This document shows, in pieces, positions 59,266 to 64,000 of a stretch of 64,000 bases of DNA (positions are counted from its first letter, which is position 1; each line of letters opens with the position of its first letter). The notes below the pieces were generated by a model that saw only the letters and a program-made list of their open reading frames with translations, was not told the origin of the DNA and made no database searches. This DNA is from Anaeromyxobacteraceae bacterium (GTDB taxonomy: Bacteria; Myxococcota; Myxococcia; Myxococcales; Anaeromyxobacteraceae), in NCBI GenBank assembly GCA_032654565.1, contig JAULAX010000002.1, positions 128,001-192,000 on the forward strand, in the 5' to 3' direction. The position numbers and the translations under genes were made by a program.

Positions 59266-62200
59266 CGGACCACGTAGACCACGGCGGTGCGCGGGGGCAC
59301 GGTGAAGGTCCCGGTGGCCGAGGCGTAGGCGGCCTGCGTGCGGGGGCGCTGGTCCGCCGCCGTGGCGCTGTCCTGCACCGGGTGGAGCACCCAGGGCTTG
59401 CCGGCCTCCGCGGCCAGCACCAGGTCGTGCGCCACCTTGTCGACGTTGACCAGGTAGAGCACCTCGGCGAAGCCGGCGCCGGTGTAGCCGGTGCCGTCGA
59501 GGTGGCCCGCCATCACCGTGGCCACCTGCCCGGCGCCGCTGTTGGGGAAGGTGAGCCGCAACTTGACGTCGGCGGCGGTCCGGAGCCGGAAGAGCGTGGA
59601 GCTCTTGCGGATGGCCAGCAGGTCGCGGAAGCCGTCACGGGCGAAGGCGATGGCCGCCCCGTCCGGCCGGAGCGCCGGGGAGGCGAGGAGCGGCTGGATG
59701 ATCGACCAGTTGGCCCCGTTGTCGCCCTGCATGGGCATGCCGACCCCGAAGTTGTTGGTGGCGTAGGTCCAGTCGAGCCGGTTGAACCAGTCCCCCGAGT
59801 CGTAGCTGTTCCGGTCCATCGACTTGCTGCGGAGCGTGTCGACGCCGGCGTGGAAGTAGGCGACCCCCTGGCTGAAGGCGTTGAGGGCGACCCCCAGCAG
59901 CTGGGACCGGACCCGGTCGTCCATGGTGGTGGCGACCGGCAGCTTGTAGACGTTGATGTCGTAGAGGGTCTGGTTGTCGTGGTTCTCGACGTAGTTCACC
60001 ACCTCGTCGGGCGAGGTCACGTAGCCGGCCGGCTGGCCGTTGTAGTCGATGGCCTCCAGCGTGGTGGCGGTGCCGTTCCAGGCGGTGAGCGGGAAGGAGC
60101 GGATCGAGCCGGCCAGCCCGACCCGGACCATGTCGGCGGCCGAGGCCAGGGCGTCGGCCGCGGCGGCCCCGGTGGGACCGGTCGGGTTGGGGTCGTAGGA
60201 GAGGCCGTTGATGTACCCCTGGTTCTTGACCAGGTCGGCGCCGCCGTCGAACGGGCTGCCGCCGCGGATCCGGTCGCGGGCCCGGTCGCTGAAGGTGGCG
60301 ATCCCCGAGCCGTTGAGCGAGAGCTGCGAGGCCTGCTCGAAGCGGGCCCCGCCGGCCACCTCACCGAAGTTCCAGCCCTCGCCGACCAGCTGGACGGCGC
60401 GACCGGTCGTGGCCAGGAGCCGGGCCTTGATGGCCTCCATCACCGAGCGCGGCTGGTGGCCCATCAGGTCGAAGCGGAAGGAGTCGATCCGGTACTGGGA
60501 GGCCCAGGTGACCACCGAGTCGCTCATCAGCTTGGCCATCATGGCGTTCTCGGTGGCGGTGTTGCTGCAGCAGGTGGACTGCTCCACTGCCCCGGTGGCG
60601 TCGAGCCGGTGGTAGTAGCCCGGGACGATCCGGTCGAGCACCGACTTCTCGTCCTGCCCGTGGCGGGTGGTGTGGTTGTAGACCACGTCCATGCCGACCC
60701 GGAGGCCGGCCTGGTGCAGCCCCATCACCATCTGCCGGAACTCCAGCACCCGGGTGGCGCCGTCGGCGGCGTCGCTGGCGTAGCTCCCCTCCGGCGCCGT
60801 GTAGTGGAACGGGTCGTAGCCCCAGTTGAAGCCGTCCTGCCCGGCGATGACCCGGGTGAACTCCTGCTGCTTGTCGTCGGTCGGGCCGTAGCTGGCCAGG
60901 GCCTGGCCCACCGTCTGGCCGGCGAAGGGCACGCAGCGCGAGGAGGCGATGGGCACGGTGGCCTTGGTGCACAGGTCGCTGAACAGGGAGGTGAGGTCGA
61001 TGCGGTCGGCCGGGTTCTCCTTGACGGTGGCGATGTCGAAGACCGGCAGCAGGTGGACGTCGGTGATCCCGGCGGTGGCCAGCGCCCGCAGGTGCTTCAT
61101 CCCGTCGGAGGTGGCGTCGGTGAAGGCCAGGTACTTCCCGCGGTGCGCCGCCGGCACGGTGGCGTCGGAGACCGAGAAGTCACGGACGTGCAGCTCGTAG
61201 ATGGAGAGATCGGTCTGCGCGCCGAGGGCCGGGGGGACCACGGCGGCGTCCCAGCCGGTGGGGCGGAGCTTCGCCGACGACAGGTCGGCGACGTAGCTGC
61301 GCTTCGAGTCGGTGGTCAGGCTGACCGAGTAGGGATCGGTGACCAGGTTCCGCACCACGCCCACCCCGCGGACGAAGACCTCGACGGCGTAGGCGTAGTA
61401 CTTGCCCGAGAGGTCGCCGGTCCGGCTGGCGCTCCAGGTGCCGCGGGCGGCGTCGAAGCTCATGGCGTCGAGCCCGGTGGCGGCGCCGGTCCCGGTGTCG
61501 TAGGTGCAGAGCGAGACCTTGCGCGCCGTCGGGGCCCAGACCTTGAAGGCGGTCGTGCCGGAGGCCAGGCTGACGCCCAGATCGGTGGTGGCGGCGTTGG
61601 CGCTGGCGTAGAGGCCGTCGAGCGCCCCGGCCAGCTGCAGCGTGGTGGCGTTCTGGACGACGCCGGCGGAGTCCTCCTGCACCAGCAGCACCTGCTCCTT
61701 GAGCAGCGCCGCGACCCCGGCCTGGTCGGCCGCCTTGACGGAGAGGACCACGCCGCCGGAGAGGAACTTGAAGCGGGTCGCCGCCTCGGCGGGCACGGCG
61801 CCGGTGAAGACGTCGAGCGTGAGGGAGCCGTCGCTGCCGGTCACCTTGGTGTCCTTGGCGGCCACCAGCTGGCCGGTGGCCGAGCGGTAGAGCTTGAAGA
61901 CCCCGGCGCCGTTCACCTTGGGCCACTTGATCAGCTGCGACGTCAGCCAGGAGGCGCGGGCGTCGGTGGTGGAGGCGGCGCGCAGGTCGGGCGGCGAGGT
62001 GTAGACGGTCCCGTCCTCCTGGGCGATCCAGATCTCGGCCACCTGGGCGGTGGGCGTCAGCCCGGCGTAGCTGGCCACCAGGTCGCTGCTCCGGCCGTCC
62101 TTGTTGTCGACGTTGGTGGCGGGAGGGGGCAGCCCATGGATGACGAAGGTGAGCCCGGTCCGGGTGGGGTCGGTCAGGGGATTGATCACCGGGATGTCGA

Positions 62201-62900
62201 AGGTCACCTGCGAGCCGTCCAGCGCCGCGGAGTAGTTGGGCATGGAGGAGAGGGGCACCGGAGCGGACCAGGTGTTGAGGGTCAGGCCGGAGAGCCGGGT
62301 GGCGTCGACGCCGCCGGCCGGGAACAGGTGCAGCCCCCAGGTCGAGTAGCTGGAGTCGAAGCGCAGGTAGTGGACCCGGACGGTGGCGATGTCCTTGGGG
62401 CCGGCCCCGGTGGGATCGCTCAGGTAGGTGGTCGGATCGCCGGAGATCCGCCAGATCTCGTTGGCGCCCGGCTTGAGCGTGTAGCTCTGGTCGGTGGGGA
62501 GGTCCTTGGTGTCCCCCATGTGGATGATGTAGCCGACGGTCCCCGAGGCGGCGACGATGGTGGGCCTGAAGACGACGCCGAAGGCGTCGGTGGAGACCTG
62601 GGGATAGCCGACGCTCCAGCCCATGTCCTGCGCCGCGCCCCAGGCGTGCAGCACCCAGCCGGTGTAGATGCCGTCCGCCCGCTTGTAGTGGATGGTCAGC
62701 GTCGGCAGGGCGCCGCCGCCCCCGCCGCCCGGCGTGGCGACGGCGTTGAGCGTCACCATGACGTTCCCGTCGCAGGCGCTCAGGTCCGGCCCAGGGGGGG
62801 AGGTGCTGGAGCTGGAGCAGCCGCCGAGCAGGGCGGCCAGCGTGACGGCGAGGAGGGCGCGGGAGGGGGTGGTGGTCACGGCGTGGCGGGGCTGGGTCAC
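59262..62900 (-). CDS. Pullulanase-type alpha-1,6-glucosidase (GH13) lipoprotein with two CBM41-like modules
   Basis: Lipobox LLGGC; IHYKR.DG.Y.GW.LH.W-type motif twice; NWGYDP, FRFDLMGH, GEGWNFGE, YVENHDN. Confidence 0.92.
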   Translation of the reverse strand: MTQPRHAVTTTPSRALLAVTLAALLGGCSSSSTSPPGPDLSACDGNVMVTLNAVATPGGGGGGALPTLTIHYKRADGIYTGWVLHAWGAAQDMGWSVGYPQVSTDAFGVVFRPTIVAASGTVGYIIHMGDTKDLPTDQSYTLKPGANEIWRISGDPTTYLSDPTGAGPKDIATVRVHYLRFDSSYSTWGLHLFPAGGVDATRLSGLTLNTWSAPVPLSSMPNYSAALDGSQVTFDIPVINPLTDPTRTGLTFVIHGLPPPATNVDNKDGRSSDLVASYAGLTPTAQVAEIWIAQEDGTVYTSPPDLRAASTTDARASWLTSQLIKWPKVNGAGVFKLYRSATGQLVAAKDTKVTGSDGSLTLDVFTGAVPAEAATRFKFLSGGVVLSVKAADQAGVAALLKEQVLLVQEDSAGVVQNATTLQLAGALDGLYASANAATTDLGVSLASGTTAFKVWAPTARKVSLCTYDTGTGAATGLDAMSFDAARGTWSASRTGDLSGKYYAYAVEVFVRGVGVVRNLVTDPYSVSLTTDSKRSYVADLSSAKLRPTGWDAAVVPPALGAQTDLSIYELHVRDFSVSDATVPAAHRGKYLAFTDATSDGMKHLRALATAGITDVHLLPVFDIATVKENPADRIDLTSLFSDLCTKATVPIASSRCVPFAGQTVGQALASYGPTDDKQQEFTRVIAGQDGFNWGYDPFHYTAPEGSYASDAADGATRVLEFRQMVMGLHQAGLRVGMDVVYNHTTRHGQDEKSVLDRIVPGYYHRLDATGAVEQSTCCSNTATENAMMAKLMSDSVVTWASQYRIDSFRFDLMGHQPRSVMEAIKARLLATTGRAVQLVGEGWNFGEVAGGARFEQASQLSLNGSGIATFSDRARDRIRGGSPFDGGADLVKNQGYINGLSYDPNPTGPTGAAAADALASAADMVRVGLAGSIRSFPLTAWNGTATTLEAIDYNGQPAGYVTSPDEVVNYVENHDNQTLYDINVYKLPVATTMDDRVRSQLLGVALNAFSQGVAYFHAGVDTLRSKSMDRNSYDSGDWFNRLDWTYATNNFGVGMPMQGDNGANWSIIQPLLASPALRPDGAAIAFARDGFRDLLAIRKSSTLFRLRTAADVKLRLTFPNSGAGQVATVMAGHLDGTGYTGAGFAEVLYLVNVDKVAHDLVLAAEAGKPWVLHPVQDSATAADQRPRTQAAYASATGTFTVPPRTAVVYVVR

Positions 62901-62986
62901 GGGGCTGTCCTCTGGTGTCGCTGCGTTGGTCCGGTGTGCATGTCTAATTGCCTGGGGCGAGTTGCGCCCGCTGGCGAGGAGGCGCG

Positions 62987-64000
62987 TCAGGCCGCCCGAA
63001 CGCCATTCCCGTGGGAGCGGGCCAGCGGGTGGAGCGCCTGGTGCAGGACGCTGCCGGCGGCTCCCACGGCGGCGGCGTTGAGGCCGAAGCGGCAGACCCT
63101 GACCTCGGTGCGGTGGTAGGGCAGCTCCCCGGTCAGCCGCTGCAACTCGGCGATGGCCACGTCCACCAGCCCCTGGAGCCGGCTCAGCGTCCCGCCCAGG
63201 ATCAGCACCTCGGGGTTGATGGTCACCACCAGGTTCTGGAGGACCAGGCCGAGGTGCTCGCCGGCCTCGCGGACCACCCGCCGCATGGTGGCGTCGCCCC
63301 GGTCGAGCAGCGCCACCAGCTCCGAGACGCGGAGCACCGGGGTCTCCTGGCCGGTGGCCTGCCGGCTGATCACCTTCTGCGAGAGGATGGTCTCGGCGCA
63401 GCCGCGGCGACCGCAGGCGCAGCGGGTGCCGTCCACCTTGAGGATGGTGTGGCCCACCTCGCCGGCCAGGCCGTCGAACCCGACGTGCAGGCCTCCCTCG
63501 AGCACGATGCCGGCGCCGACGCCGTAGCCGAGGCTGAGGAAGACCAGCGAGCCGACCGCGGGCCCGGTCCCGAAGACGTACTCGCTGAGCGCCGCGGCGT
63601 TGGCGTCGTTGAGCACCTGGACCGGCATGTCGCCGGCGCGCCGCTCCAGCAGCGCGGCGCCCAGCAGGTCGCCGAAGGGGACGTCACGCCAGCCGATGCT
63701 GGGGGCCAGCCGGAGGAAGCCCTCGGTGTCCACCATCCCGGCCACCGCCACGCCGGCGCCGAGGACCTTGCGCTTCCCGGCCAGGACCGCGGCCCGGGCC
63801 TCGGCGACCAGCCCGGCGGTGTCGCGGATCGACTGCCCCTGGTCGACGTGGCGGTAGTCGATCCTCCTGGAGAAGAGCACCTCCCCCTGGAGACCGCAGG
63901 CCACGGCGTTGATGAAGTCGTCCCCCACCTCGGCGCCGACCAGGGCCAGCCGGGTGGAGTCGAGGTCGAGCGCCTTGGGCCGGCGTCCCAGGGCCCCCGT
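62987..64000 (-). CDS. ROK family transcriptional regulator (5' end beyond the window)
   Basis: NDANAAAL.E, G.GVGAG, GEVGH, C.CG.RGC.E. Confidence 0.88.
   Translation of the reverse strand, partial: TGALGRRPKALDLDSTRLALVGAEVGDDFINAVACGLQGEVLFSRRIDYRHVDQGQSIRDTAGLVAEARAAVLAGKRKVLGAGVAVAGMVDTEGFLRLAPSIGWRDVPFGDLLGAALLERRAGDMPVQVLNDANAAALSEYVFGTGPAVGSLVFLSLGYGVGAGIVLEGGLHVGFDGLAGEVGHTILKVDGTRCACGRRGCAETILSQKVISRQATGQETPVLRVSELVALLDRGDATMRRVVREAGEHLGLVLQNLVVTINPEVLILGGTLSRLQGLVDVAIAELQRLTGELPYHRTEVRVCRFGLNAAAVGAAGSVLHQALHPLARSHGNGVRAA

Overview
Very GC-rich window from a myxobacterium-like chromosome; the gene content and style suggest an Anaeromyxobacter relative (inference). Most of it is housekeeping: ilvE, dnaE, ilvA, bioFB with a BirA-type operator, radA, glpK, galU, priA, def, the rpsU-yqeY-dnaG-rpoD-tRNA(CAT) cluster and hisDBHAFIE. 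It also has a cobalamin-riboswitch-controlled BtuB/BtuFCD uptake operon, two Ser/Thr kinases (one coupled to an ECF sigma factor) and a pullulanase with a ROK regulator. Highlights: (1) A complete IS110/IS1111-type element (13121-14518) sits in one arm of a REP-like palindrome. Its downstream non-coding end folds into two internal loops whose strands match the reconstructed target site and the circle junction, so a bridge/seek RNA can be read from the sequence. (2) A monomeric PheRS-like protein with an altered amino-acid pocket is preceded by a leaderless 29-codon uORF (..RRFWRAQP..) with a clear promoter, a candidate ribosome-sensing system. (3) A 1.2-kb islet is flanked by a 228-bp duplication of that gene's 3' end; it carries a two-gene module between two ~140-bp palindromic repeats. 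(4) dnaG appears to start at CTG, several genes look leaderless, and several metabolic enzymes carry Lys-rich tails.
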